The notes under the pieces are model-generated. The model was given only the letters and a program-made list of their open reading frames with translations, had not been told where the DNA came from and did not search any database. Positions 48,115 through 57,776 of a DNA stretch of 64,000 nt are shown piece by piece (positions within the stretch are counted from its first letter, which is position 1; every line of letters starts with the position of its first letter). Both the position numbers and the translations under genes were made by a program. Source of the stretch: a virus; the IMG/VR virus record IMGVR_UViG_3300010167_000022; one strand, written 5' to 3'.

Positions 48115-49227
48115 TTATGCAATACGATAACTATATTCTATACTACTTCCATCAATCATCTGTAATTCTGTTTCTTCTTCTTTTATACAAGCCCACTCAC
48201 AAATAATCTTTTTATAATCTTCATCGCGATACGCTTGACAATCTGATATAATATAACCACCACAAGAATGTGTTTCTTCTCCGTCTTCATCTAAATCAAT
48301 TACATAAAATTCTTTTCCACAACCTAACCATATCTCTCCATAAGAACGTGCTGACTTCTCATCTTTAAAGTGATCTTTACAGTAAAGAACATAAGCGTAA
48401 TCACCCTGGCTATAACCTGATACACTAATAATGTCCCACTCTTCTTTTCTTACAATAGAAAGCATTCTTGCTATATTTTCTGCTGAAGATTCACAATCAT
48501 CTTTAAATAATTCCACAAGAGACTTGATTGCCTTACCATTATATTTATTGTTAATCAATCCGTAATCAACTAGCATTGCACCATAGCTACTGTAATTAGA
48601 GCATGCACAGTCAATGTCTAATACTTCTTCTGCGCATTTGTCAAATTCTTTTACAAGTATATTATATTCTTCATTATTAAACCCACTTGTTCTACCATAG
48701 CGATCATTGCATATTACGAATAAATTATAACCATACGGATTCAACTCATATTGTTTTGTTATTGGGTTGCCATTTGAATCAAGTTTATTATTGCGGATGC
48801 ATATACCATTATCATCACGCTTATATTCCCATTCGGTATAAGTACTAAATTTCTTTTCTGTTTCTCTCCAATCAATATTGCTTTTAATTCCATCGTCTTC
48901 AAAATAGAAACTAAATTCACAACCATCTGGATCGACTTCTTTGATAATATGTTTTATTGTTCTTTTATTTATAATCTCATTTACATGTTCAGACTGTTCA
49001 AAAACTTCTACTTTGTTATCTGTCTCACCATTAAAAGATGTAGTAAGTATTATTTTATCAACTTCTGTCCAGTGTTCACGGCCTTCTTCAAAATTGGTAG
49101 TACGTGTTAAAACTATTTTACCAGTTACATTGCCATCAATTCTTTCTACCACATGATTGTATCCATTTGCTTTAATTTTTTCACCAAGTTTTCTTGCTGA
49201 CTCGTACTTACCTACATATGTTTTCAT
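48115..49227 (-). CDS. hypothetical protein
   Basis: ORF 370 aa. Confidence 0.55.
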   Translation of the reverse strand: MKTYVGKYESARKLGEKIKANGYNHVVERIDGNVTGKIVLTRTTNFEEGREHWTEVDKIILTTSFNGETDNKVEVFEQSEHVNEIINKRTIKHIIKEVDPDGCEFSFYFEDDGIKSNIDWRETEKKFSTYTEWEYKRDDNGICIRNNKLDSNGNPITKQYELNPYGYNLFVICNDRYGRTSGFNNEEYNILVKEFDKCAEEVLDIDCACSNYSSYGAMLVDYGLINNKYNGKAIKSLVELFKDDCESSAENIARMLSIVRKEEWDIISVSGYSQGDYAYVLYCKDHFKDEKSARSYGEIWLGCGKEFYVIDLDEDGEETHSCGGYIISDCQAYRDEDYKKIICEWACIKEEETELQMIDGSSIEYSYRIA

Positions 49228-49266
49228 ATCAGGCCTCCTAATCTACATAACAGTTTATATCTTTTA

Positions 49267-49293
49267 TTTGAATAGAATAACGGTTCTATTCAC
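49267..49293. promoter_or_regulatory. PeSL-like palindromic intergenic element
   Basis: tttgaatagaataacggttctattcac. Confidence 0.5.
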
Positions 49294-49318
49294 TATATTA
49301 CTTATTTTCGCGCAGATA

Positions 49319-49639
49319 TCAAACTGGATTCTCTAATGCCCAAAATTTAGGTTTGCATTTTTCTATAATCTTTAAGCATGCATTAATAGTAATATGTGGG
49401 GCCGCTAATATTCCATAAACATCTTCATATTTAATTCCCAAATCATTTACATTATATGTTTGTTTATTAAACACCATATAATCATCTGAAAACACAACAT
49501 CTGTTACATCATAATCAGGCAATGTTATTGTTATTACATTATATCCTGCATCAGCATATGGTTTAGCCCAACTCCCTGTTCCACCACATAAATCAAGTAT
49601 AATTTTGTTGCTATTATCTGTTTTATTATTATTAATCAT
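49319..49639 (-). CDS. short SAM-methyltransferase-like protein (C5-MTase-like motif I and ENV-like motif; no catalytic PC)
   Basis: ILDLCGGTGSW (FxGxGG-like), FWALENPV; only 106 aa. Confidence 0.35.
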   Translation of the reverse strand: MINNNKTDNSNKIILDLCGGTGSWAKPYADAGYNVITITLPDYDVTDVVFSDDYMVFNKQTYNVNDLGIKYEDVYGILAAPHITINACLKIIEKCKPKFWALENPV

Positions 49640-49869
49640 TTTATCACCAATTTTTGATCTGCTAATGCAACATGAACATGGTATAAATTCCCTCTTATTG
49701 CAAACTCAATTCTTTTTTCGTCATGGTTTATACATTGGTCATCTATTTCTTCTATTGGGAACTTTGGCATTTCATCGTTGTTGAATAATTTGTCGTATAT
49801 TCTATCCATAACTTCTCTTTCGCATCCTTTACTCAGGTTATTATCAGCTTGTTCAAATATATTTAACAT
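49636..49869 (-). CDS. hypothetical protein
   Basis: ORF 77 aa; 4-nt overlap. Confidence 0.45.
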   Translation of the reverse strand: MLNIFEQADNNLSKGCEREVMDRIYDKLFNNDEMPKFPIEEIDDQCINHDEKRIEFAIRGNLYHVHVALADQKLVIK

Positions 49870-49945
49870 AGTATCAACCTTTCTATTTTAATTATAAGCT
49901 GCTCTGCATATCGCATATTAATATTTGCACCGACTAATAATTTTC

Positions 49946-50233
49946 TCATATTGCATTTTGCCGTACTGTATGTTCTGAAATACACCAATTCAATATGTAT
50001 ATCTCTTCTGAATTCAAGTCAAGTTTTATTTTTGCTTCTAAATTATCTATATAAGTAGATTCAAGATTAATGTAGCCTGAATTTCCATTTCTTATAATTT
50101 CCTCATATTTATCTGCATATTCATTTAGCATTTTACTATATGCTTCATTCTCATCAGCAAAAGTACCAACACACATCGCTCCAGAACAATCTTTTTTTGT
50201 ATTATAATGATATGTAACAACATATACTGTCAT
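49946..50233 (-). CDS. hypothetical protein
   Basis: ORF 95 aa. Confidence 0.45.
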   Translation of the reverse strand: MTVYVVTYHYNTKKDCSGAMCVGTFADENEAYSKMLNEYADKYEEIIRNGNSGYINLESTYIDNLEAKIKLDLNSEEIYILNWCISEHTVRQNAI

Positions 50234-50309
50234 AATATCATCCCCTTTAATCCTATTTATAATTTTATTCTTTGTATTTCTGATACTTGCTATATTAATA
50301 ATGAGTATA

Positions 50310-50783
50310 TCATACCCACTCTATAGGCTTCTTGTCAGTCTGCCCGGTTAGATAATCTAGTAAGTCACACCTTCCACTGTAGTATGCCTTAATAATTTTA
50401 TTACCTAAAATCAAGTGTGCTATTAGTCTATGATGACCATCATCAATACTAACATTTGTTTTTTGTATGCACTTATATCTATTGCTATAAATATCTGCTG
50501 TAATATCTATAGGCGTTATCATGTCTGGATTATTTACAAAATATATTACTCTGCCAATGTGCCACTCATCAGATTTAAAAGTTTCATGTTTATAGTAGTG
50601 TGGTTTGTATTGTTCGGTTTGTTCTTCTATTCTATTAGCGATTCCACTTCGAATATCATCAAGTGTAATATAATTTTCATTCCAACACATACCACTATCA
50701 ATAATATTCTGATTATCTTCCATTATTCTATCAAGAATGATATAGTCAAAGTCATTAACAATCCTTAATCCGTTATTTTTCAA
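50310..50783 (-). CDS. hypothetical protein with a ParB/Srx-fold-like DGHHR motif
   Basis: ORF 157 aa; SIDDGHHRLIAHLILG. Confidence 0.35.
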   Translation of the reverse strand: MKNNGLRIVNDFDYIILDRIMEDNQNIIDSGMCWNENYITLDDIRSGIANRIEEQTEQYKPHYYKHETFKSDEWHIGRVIYFVNNPDMITPIDITADIYSNRYKCIQKTNVSIDDGHHRLIAHLILGNKIIKAYYSGRCDLLDYLTGQTDKKPIEWV

Positions 50784-50795
50784 TATTTCACCTCA

Positions 50796-51092
50796 TTATC
50801 TCTCACAATATATTAAGAATGTTTTATTATCACTAATAGTATATTCATTATGATAACTTAACAATGTCCAATCACCAATTATTTCATGCATCTGCACTGC
50901 TATTCTTTCTGAATTATAATCATATTCATGATAATAACTACTTGAAATAAATCCATATGCAGATAAGTTATTTTCATGCAACTCAATAAACCTATAATCT
51001 TCGTCAACATTTAATTGATTTGCTAGAATTTTGATATGAATTGGTGTCAATCCATATCCATATGATACAATATATAACAACACAACATGCAT
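50796..51092 (-). CDS. hypothetical protein
   Basis: ORF 98 aa. Confidence 0.45.
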   Translation of the reverse strand: MHVVLLYIVSYGYGLTPIHIKILANQLNVDEDYRFIELHENNLSAYGFISSSYYHEYDYNSERIAVQMHEIIGDWTLLSYHNEYTISDNKTFLIYCER

Positions 51093-51095
51093 AGA

Positions 51096-51599
51096 CTATG
51101 CTCCACTAATATATTTTACTACATCAAAATTGTCAATCCATTTAAGCCCTTGATCATTCTTTTCACTTACAATTTGTTTTGTAATATCTTTCGCAAATTT
51201 TATTGCATCTAATATTCCAAGTTTATCTATCTTAGTTTTTGCATATTCAGCTATGTGCATCCCCTCTGTATAACCTATAAAACAATCAGTTTCTAACATA
51301 GCAGCATATCGAACATCATTTTCAAATGTTACTATTTCAGGGTGTATTGGTATACACTCCCAATCTTCTCTTGCATTTGCTATTTCATATAACTTATCAA
51401 ATGTTAATTCAACTTCATTCCATTCATTTAACAATTTACCGTTATCACATATTGTTTCTGTATACTCGTACTTAGTTGAACCAATAACATTATAGAAATT
51501 ACAATCACGGCAATCATAGCATCTTCTACCACATAATGACCAACAGTTTTGTATCATTTCTTCTTTTGTATATATTTTAGAAAATATTATATTAGCCAT
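51096..51599 (-). CDS. hypothetical protein
   Basis: ORF 167 aa. Confidence 0.5.
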   Translation of the reverse strand: MANIIFSKIYTKEEMIQNCWSLCGRRCYDCRDCNFYNVIGSTKYEYTETICDNGKLLNEWNEVELTFDKLYEIANAREDWECIPIHPEIVTFENDVRYAAMLETDCFIGYTEGMHIAEYAKTKIDKLGILDAIKFAKDITKQIVSEKNDQGLKWIDNFDVVKYISGA

Positions 51600-51624
51600 T
51601 ATTTATATTCCCCCCACTTTATAA

Positions 51625-51652
51625 TTTTGATAGAATGAGAGTTCTATTAAAA
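51625..51652. promoter_or_regulatory. PeSL-like palindromic intergenic element
   Basis: ttttgatagaatgagagttctattaaaa. Confidence 0.55.
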
Positions 51653-51715
51653 TTAATTACTCGATTACTTCATAATGCCAACACCTATTGTCTTTTATTT
51701 TTATATTCATAATCA

Positions 51716-52021
51716 TCACAATCCTTCATCATCAAGTTCAGACTGCATTAAATCCAATCCAGTTCGCATTCCATAAAATTGTCCATAAAAAAATGCGAAA
51801 TCATTAGTTGATAATTCTTCAAAATTTGAAGGCAATGAATTGTATTTCATCTCAATCACTACGGATTCTAAACGTTTTGCTTCAACTTTATCTTCTTCAT
51901 CTCCAAGACCATTCAATTTATCGCAATAACATAGTGTGTCATATATTAATTTTTGATATTGCTGTTGGAGAACTATACGCTCTGCCTTGTCAATAATTGA
52001 TAAAGATAATGAATTATTCAT
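51716..52021 (-). CDS. hypothetical protein (start at MNNSLSL after a GGAGGG RBS)
   Basis: the track start lies inside a degenerate palindrome copy at 52042-52064. Confidence 0.45.
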   Translation of the reverse strand: MNNSLSLSIIDKAERIVLQQQYQKLIYDTLCYCDKLNGLGDEEDKVEAKRLESVVIEMKYNSLPSNFEELSTNDFAFFYGQFYGMRTGLDLMQSELDDEGL

Positions 52022-52077
52022 ATAAGTCCCTCCAATCTTCATCAAATGGAATTTCTATTAAAATATTTTATTAAAAA

Positions 52078-52245
52078 TTAAAACAATAGCTCCAATGGTA
52101 CCAATATAATTACTACTGGCAATAATACTATCCATACAATTGCAATAATACCAAGAATAAAAATATCATCATCATCAATTAATTTTGAATATCCTGTTGA
52201 AAATAATATTCCTATTAATAAATATAATAAAATCCATCCAATCAT
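52078..52245 (-). CDS. small membrane protein, about 55 aa
   Basis: manual: GGAGAA RBS; MIGWILLYLLIGILFSTGYSKLIDDDD...; coordinates approximate. Confidence 0.3.
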   Translation of the reverse strand: MIGWILLYLLIGILFSTGYSKLIDDDDIFILGIIAIVWIVLLPVVIILVPLELLF

Positions 52246-52259
52246 ATATATTCTCCAAC

Positions 52260-52601
52260 CTAAATCAATTTTAAATTAAATGAATAATATGGATCTTTCC
52301 CACAACCGTTTGCATAATATACTGCGGCTGCAAGTATGTTTTCAGCTATAGCTATTTCATAAGTATTATGCAATATGCCTTTATTTGACTCAATAATTAA
52401 AAAATCTACTGCCATATTACATGCTCCACAGTGCATATTACTTGCTAATAGTTTACGCTTTAATGTTAATATAAAATCTTGTTCATTGCATTTATATAAT
52501 GTGCAGATATTATTCAGTTCTGCAGTTTTTGCTGAATATATCAAATCAAATATTTTATCAGTCATTTTTATATTATCAAGCATAATAGTTATTCCCCCCA
52601 T
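52260..52601 (-). CDS. hypothetical protein
   Basis: ORF 113 aa. Confidence 0.5.
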   Translation of the reverse strand: MGGITIMLDNIKMTDKIFDLIYSAKTAELNNICTLYKCNEQDFILTLKRKLLASNMHCGACNMAVDFLIIESNKGILHNTYEIAIAENILAAAVYYANGCGKDPYYSFNLKLI

Positions 52602-52831
52602 ACATCTTATATCATCATCGGGTTTTAAATTTCAATTCTTGATAGAATATATTGTTTTGCATTCTTCGAATATTCTAATAGATTGTCTCGCAATGATTCT
52701 GCTTCTTCTTTCTTTGCTGAATATGTATACATAAAATTCCATTCATTAGAACTATTTAATTTATAACGCACACACCATTTTTAATATCATATTTCCAAAC
52801 TTCAAACATATTAGTTGTCACCCACGTATAT

Positions 52832-53803
52832 TTAATTTGCTAATTTCACGTTTTCATACAATACTTTCTTGCCATGTGTTATTCGTACAATATTACTAGG
52901 CAAATAATCATTATTTATATTACCAAACATCTTTGCATATGCCACCCTATCTGCTGAAGCAACATTATAACCCCAATACTTATTACCGCTATAATACGTG
53001 TACTGATTAGCATCTGTTTTAAAAGTTAATTCTTTATCGTTCATGTTTATTGTAACTTTAACTGTTTTGATATCTAATGGCTTAATTGCGTTTATTATAT
53101 TTCTAGCAATATAAAGCTCATTACCTTCATCTGCTTCAGCAATTAATTTTGCTAGGTCTTCCCGTATGATAGCATTCTCTACGAATTGCTTATAGATATC
53201 GTCTGCCTTTTTCTCCAACATATTTTCAACACCTTTATTAACAGATGCTTCCTCATCCATAAGATATTCAATGAATAAGTCATACGTCCATTCGCTAATA
53301 GTATAACATGCATTAAACACGATGTCAGAAGGAACATTCCCTGCCAAGAAATACTGTCTAACATCATTGTCTGCCCTATGCTCTCTAATGTATTCGATCT
53401 CTCGCATATTCCAATTCTTATTTCTAATTTCTTCATCGCTTTTAACTAGAGTATTATTTATATCGTTGTTTATAAGAATATTTAGCTTCTCTTGAACCTT
53501 TTCTACATAATCTTTGCCGTAACCTTCTTTGCAATTTTCACTATAGTTTTTGTTATTTTTTATTCCCAAACAATGAGCAAGGTTATATTTAATATCATGC
53601 AACTCACAGGTTCTATTATCATATATTGCATAGTATTTAAAATCATTGTTTACAATATGGTTGCTATGATATATACTTTGGCAGAAGATAAGGTCAAGAC
53701 TTTTATTACGAGGGAATCTAAAAAAATGGCAAGTACGACTACTATCTTTAATTGTGATACTCTGGTCGGTTGACTTTACCCATTCCATAAACTTTTCCTT
53801 CAT
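52832..53803 (-). CDS. hypothetical protein
   Basis: ORF 323 aa. Confidence 0.55.
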   Translation of the reverse strand: MKEKFMEWVKSTDQSITIKDSSRTCHFFRFPRNKSLDLIFCQSIYHSNHIVNNDFKYYAIYDNRTCELHDIKYNLAHCLGIKNNKNYSENCKEGYGKDYVEKVQEKLNILINNDINNTLVKSDEEIRNKNWNMREIEYIREHRADNDVRQYFLAGNVPSDIVFNACYTISEWTYDLFIEYLMDEEASVNKGVENMLEKKADDIYKQFVENAIIREDLAKLIAEADEGNELYIARNIINAIKPLDIKTVKVTINMNDKELTFKTDANQYTYYSGNKYWGYNVASADRVAYAKMFGNINNDYLPSNIVRITHGKKVLYENVKLAN

Positions 53804-53838
53804 TAAAATTCCTCCATTTTAATTAATATAATTGTTAG

Positions 53839-53866
53839 TTTTAATAGAAGTATTATTCTATTGAAA
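53839..53866. promoter_or_regulatory. PeSL-like palindromic intergenic element
   Basis: ttttaatagaagtattattctattgaaa. Confidence 0.55.
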
Positions 53867-53867
53867 T

Positions 53868-54164
53868 TTAATCCTTCCCTTCATATTCATTGACAAGATA
53901 TGCAACGCCTTTTGAGTGGTGTACGTCAAACCACCTCCACACATCTTCATACTTGTCATCGCCTTTCTCCCATATATAAAAGTCTTCATCAAGTGTTTCA
54001 TCTTCTAGATTTATTGGAATATCTTCAAGCTCATCCCATATAGTCTCTACAATATAATCTATTTCAGGCGTTTTACTATCAACAATTATACTACCTTCTT
54101 GTATATCTGCAGCTTGAACACCATATTCTTTGCATAATTGTAAATATAAATTTATATCAAACAA
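53868..54164 (-). CDS. hypothetical protein (paralog of 20466..20903)
   Basis: ORF 98 aa. Confidence 0.5.
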   Translation of the reverse strand: MFDINLYLQLCKEYGVQAADIQEGSIIVDSKTPEIDYIVETIWDELEDIPINLEDETLDEDFYIWEKGDDKYEDVWRWFDVHHSKGVAYLVNEYEGKD

Positions 54165-54182
54165 TCATATCACCTCATATTT

Positions 54183-54206
54183 ATATAGAATTACAATTCT
54201 ATTTAA
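54183..54206. promoter_or_regulatory. PeSL-like palindromic intergenic element (short copy)
   Basis: atatagaattacaattctatttaa. Confidence 0.45.
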
Positions 54207-54218
54207 TTGTATGCTTGT

Positions 54219-54893
54219 TTAAGATGCGCAATTGTCTGCATCTACAACCTTAGCATATATCTCATGCGCTCTGTCGTCATTAACGAAATCGAAATACCCA
54301 TGATTGCTTGATACTAATTCTATGACACTTTCTGTATAGTAATCCTTATTGCTATTATTTCTGAATAAGTACGCCAAGTACATAGCAACTGCTCTTTCTA
54401 GGTCTTTACCATGTATTGCTTTAACATACTCATCCTCTCTGTATGGCATAAAGCTTATGAAACCACTACAACTTTTATATTTATCATATATCCATTTCAT
54501 GAAATCCTTATCTCCAATTGTTCTTGATTGAATCTTTCTTATTTCTGATTCATGAATATCAAGCTCAAAATGAAGCTCATTCGTGCGAAAGTTATACTCA
54601 CTCGGACTATGAATAGAACCGTCCGGTAGCAGTGTAGCGTGTATGTTATCCCAATAAGCAATATCTTTAAAGAAATCATCTAATTGTTCCATCGCATACT
54701 TCGTCACGACATTCTCATATTTATCAATATCAAATGGAGCGTTAAGCGCGTAGTCAATTTCATCTGGCGTGAGTATGTTACTGGATTCTATTTCATAGAT
54801 GCATACGCCAAATATCTCATCCACAGAAAGATGTGAACAATACATTCCAACGTCTACAACTGGAAGCAATTCGGTACTTAGACGCAATTTCAT
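54219..54893 (-). CDS. hypothetical protein (paralog of 46475..47155)
   Basis: ORF 224 aa. Confidence 0.55.
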   Translation of the reverse strand: MKLRLSTELLPVVDVGMYCSHLSVDEIFGVCIYEIESSNILTPDEIDYALNAPFDIDKYENVVTKYAMEQLDDFFKDIAYWDNIHATLLPDGSIHSPSEYNFRTNELHFELDIHESEIRKIQSRTIGDKDFMKWIYDKYKSCSGFISFMPYREDEYVKAIHGKDLERAVAMYLAYLFRNNSNKDYYTESVIELVSSNHGYFDFVNDDRAHEIYAKVVDADNCAS

Positions 54894-54904
54894 ATAACAC
54901 TATC

Positions 54905-55135
54905 CTATTCGGCAGTTATTATCTTGATATACTTTTTCAAATCATAAACTAGTGCCATTTCATGCTGTGTTATATCTTCATATCTTTCAATTTTTGAGAT
55001 AATATTTTGCATATCTTCAACTTTCTTTTGAAGCCCATCTATCAACTCTTGTTCTGTTTTATTCACCCACCAGTCTTGATGAATATCTAGATTTTTCTGT
55101 TGTGTAATAGCATTAGCTAAATTAATTTTACACAT
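54905..55135 (-). CDS. hypothetical protein
   Basis: ORF 76 aa. Confidence 0.45.
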   Translation of the reverse strand: MCKINLANAITQQKNLDIHQDWWVNKTEQELIDGLQKKVEDMQNIISKIERYEDITQHEMALVYDLKKYIKIITAE

Positions 55136-55163
55136 AAATCATACCCCTTTTCTTAATTTAATG

Positions 55164-55331
55164 TTACTCGAATTTAATTTCTAATTCAAACACTAAAGAA
55201 TCTTCAGTAAAATCTGTACACACATAGCCATTATCTTTTAGATATCCAGCCTCTGCATTAACCTTATAAGTTGGTTGACTTATATCTATTAATATTTTTT
55301 TTGCACCTGAATTAACCTTCTCATAAACCAT
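55164..55331 (-). CDS. small hypothetical protein, about 55 aa
   Basis: manual: GGGAG RBS; MVYEKVNSGAKKILIDISQ...; not in track. Confidence 0.35.
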   Translation of the reverse strand: MVYEKVNSGAKKILIDISQPTYKVNAEAGYLKDNGYVCTDFTEDSLVFELEIKFE

Positions 55332-55381
55332 AATAAAAAACTCCCTTTACTTATATAATTTGTTTGATATGAATACATTTT

Positions 55382-55666
55382 CTATTTAAAATTTTGACTA
55401 AAAACATGATGCTTAATTAGATTTATTTCATACAAGTCAATTACAATAAATTCATCACCATGAATATTAGTTAGCTGTTCTATCCAATTATTTGCTGAAT
55501 CAATAGTTTTAGTAAACATCACTTCGTTTTCACCATTATTTAATCTGTATACAAATACAAATGGGAATTCTGGTTTAACAAAATCATTTTTATATTTAGC
55601 ATTTGAATGCTTTTCGATTTCACTAAAATCTCTAGGTGATTTTATAGAATGCCATGAACCTAACAT
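55382..55666 (-). CDS. hypothetical protein
   Basis: ORF 94 aa. Confidence 0.5.
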   Translation of the reverse strand: MLGSWHSIKSPRDFSEIEKHSNAKYKNDFVKPEFPFVFVYRLNNGENEVMFTKTIDSANNWIEQLTNIHGDEFIVIDLYEINLIKHHVFSQNFK

Positions 55667-55726
55667 ATATCAGATCCTCCTTTATGAGTTGGCTTGCCGC
55701 GCATCTTTTGTAAACTTGAAATGTAT

Positions 55727-55771
55727 ATATATTGCTGCCTACATACACTAATATAGTAGGCAGCAATATAT
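55727..55771 (-). terminator. 16-bp perfect inverted repeat (candidate terminator of the SPFH gene)
   Basis: atatattgctgcctac-N13-gtaggcagcaatatat, followed on the minus sense by a T-rich run. Confidence 0.45.
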
Positions 55772-55798
55772 GTAAGATTATTCAGTGATAGGATTAGA

Positions 55799-56854
55799 TT
55801 ATGGTTGTGTTGTTTGTTGTTGATTGTTATTTATTACAGGTATTATACCAAGGTTCCCAAGTGCATCTAAATCTTGCACAATAAGAGTTGTGGGCCATTG
55901 GTTTTTACCTCTTGAACGTATCGCATCGGCCTCTGCTTCATATAACTTACGTTGCCCCTCAATTTCCATTTGGCGACGTTGGATGTCTAATGTTAAATCT
56001 TGTATTTTTGCAACTTCAGCAGCAGTGTTAGCGTTAGTCATAGCAACCTGTTGTTCAGCTAAAGCATTAGCATTTTCTTGTTCTAGAACATTTTCACGCA
56101 TCTTTGCGACAGCCAATTGATTTATTCTATTCTGGAATTCTGAATCATCATACAAAAGACCATCTGTAGACGAAAGAATTAAAAGTGTTATTCCATATTT
56201 ATACGCCTCTTCTTTTGCAGCTTCAAAAGCTTGTTTTACAAATTCTACTCTGTGTGATTCAGCCTCAATTATAGTCTTTTCTAAAAACATACTAGATAGT
56301 ACATTATTAATAACTGGAAACACTACCCTGTTTAGTGTAATTTCTAATGCCTCTGCTTCTTCCCTAACATTGTTCATTGCACCGCCATCAATATTATTAT
56401 TTGAGCGAAACCAGTTTAAATATTTTAATGCGTCTTCATCTGTTTGAATTGTTGCATTCAATACTAATGGGACTTGAAATCCAACTGATTCACTGCTAAC
56501 AGCACGAACTACAGGATTCCCATTGTTCCCATTCCATTGAACCTCAACTGGGCGGCGTGGAACAACTAATACACGTTGTGTAGGACGATAATGCCCACTT
56601 ATTGGGAGCCTTCCTGTCTGTATCCAATAACCATCTATTATAATATCTTTGCGTTGAATAAGTGTCATAGAATCCGTCGTTACTGCTGCATCAGAACGCA
56701 TATCAACTAGAAATGCGGATTCATTTGTTTCAACTTGTACTACAGAAGGCTTATTATATGGCCTTACAAAACATCCGGTTTGAGACAATAAGATAACTGA
56801 CATAAACACTAACACCATTGCTTTTTTAAGATTAATTATTTTTATCATTTTCAA
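55799..56854 (-). CDS. SPFH/band-7 (stomatin/prohibitin-like) lipoprotein; locally GC-richer
   Basis: signal peptide with lipobox LSQTGC; long alpha-helical Ala/Glu/Gln-rich C-terminal region; 351 aa. Confidence 0.45.
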   Translation of the reverse strand: MKMIKIINLKKAMVLVFMSVILLSQTGCFVRPYNKPSVVQVETNESAFLVDMRSDAAVTTDSMTLIQRKDIIIDGYWIQTGRLPISGHYRPTQRVLVVPRRPVEVQWNGNNGNPVVRAVSSESVGFQVPLVLNATIQTDEDALKYLNWFRSNNNIDGGAMNNVREEAEALEITLNRVVFPVINNVLSSMFLEKTIIEAESHRVEFVKQAFEAAKEEAYKYGITLLILSSTDGLLYDDSEFQNRINQLAVAKMRENVLEQENANALAEQQVAMTNANTAAEVAKIQDLTLDIQRRQMEIEGQRKLYEAEADAIRSRGKNQWPTTLIVQDLDALGNLGIIPVINNNQQQTTQP

Positions 56855-57164
56855 ATCCTCCAGTTACTCTTTTAATATTTTTGTTTTTTAAATACAAATT
56901 CCAATTATTCAATGCACAAGTTGTAATTAGTAATAATATTATAAAATGTAATATTAAATTTGAAGCCTTGATAATATTAATATTATTACTAAGTTCTACT
57001 ACCAACATTCCAACATTACCTTGAAAATATGAGAAGTTAACATCAGTCTTTATTGCAATAACAACGCTATTAATAATATTTCTAAATAAAACAAATGAAA
57101 ATAATGTTACAACCATTCCTAAAATTGATGTTATGCATAATAATAAGTTCTTATTGACTTGCAT
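56832..57164 (-). CDS. membrane protein
   Basis: ORF 110 aa with multiple TM helices; overlaps the downstream gene by 23 nt. Confidence 0.45.
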   Translation of the reverse strand: MQVNKNLLLCITSILGMVVTLFSFVLFRNIINSVVIAIKTDVNFSYFQGNVGMLVVELSNNINIIKASNLILHFIILLLITTCALNNWNLYLKNKNIKRVTGGFENDKNN

Positions 57165-57230
57165 ATCTTTTCACCACTCCCACTCCCACACCTAAATGAG
57201 TTAGCTTTTCGAGCATTCATTATAACTATA

Positions 57231-57668
57231 CTATACTTCTTCAATCAATAAGCATATTGATGATCGCAAATATGAGTTCAACATTTCATCAATCTGATAA
57301 TAATCATATAATTTAATTATATCAACACAATCCGCGATTTTTTTATCATATACAATATAATTATACATACCTGCGCGGAAATCTTTTTTCAAAATAAATG
57401 AAACAACTGTTTCTTTGTTAAGCATATTTCTAACTTGCAAAACGGTTGGTTTCGCGTTATAGTCTTTACATAATTCATTCATTTTTTCATTATACTTTTC
57501 GGCATCATATTTTGTTTCAAAATCAGCAATCCACTGTTGTTCACCCAAAGAATATGCATCGCGTGTATAATAAATACTCCAAAAATCTGCATCGTTATCT
57601 GCTACCATTGATACTTCATTATTACCTAAATCAATACATCCATTCATGGTATAATAATCTTTTTTCAT
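57231..57668 (-). CDS. hypothetical protein
   Basis: ORF 145 aa. Confidence 0.5.
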   Translation of the reverse strand: MKKDYYTMNGCIDLGNNEVSMVADNDADFWSIYYTRDAYSLGEQQWIADFETKYDAEKYNEKMNELCKDYNAKPTVLQVRNMLNKETVVSFILKKDFRAGMYNYIVYDKKIADCVDIIKLYDYYQIDEMLNSYLRSSICLLIEEV

Positions 57669-57748
57669 TTTGCATTCTCCTTTTATTTATATTTTGAATA
57701 GAAAATTCAACACCTTATTAAAATTATAATAACATATATATTTTTAAA

Positions 57749-57776
57749 TTTCAATAGAAGATGATTTCTATTTAAA
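57749..57776. promoter_or_regulatory. PeSL-like palindromic intergenic element
   Basis: tttcaatagaagatgatttctatttaaa. Confidence 0.55.

Noticed and set aside
4914-53436. Nested minus-strand ORFs in alternative frames (4914..5135, 11384..11653, 19207..19404, 29580..29813, 53179..53436)
   Set aside because: They are wholly contained in longer same-strand genes in another frame. No independent RBS or motif supports them.
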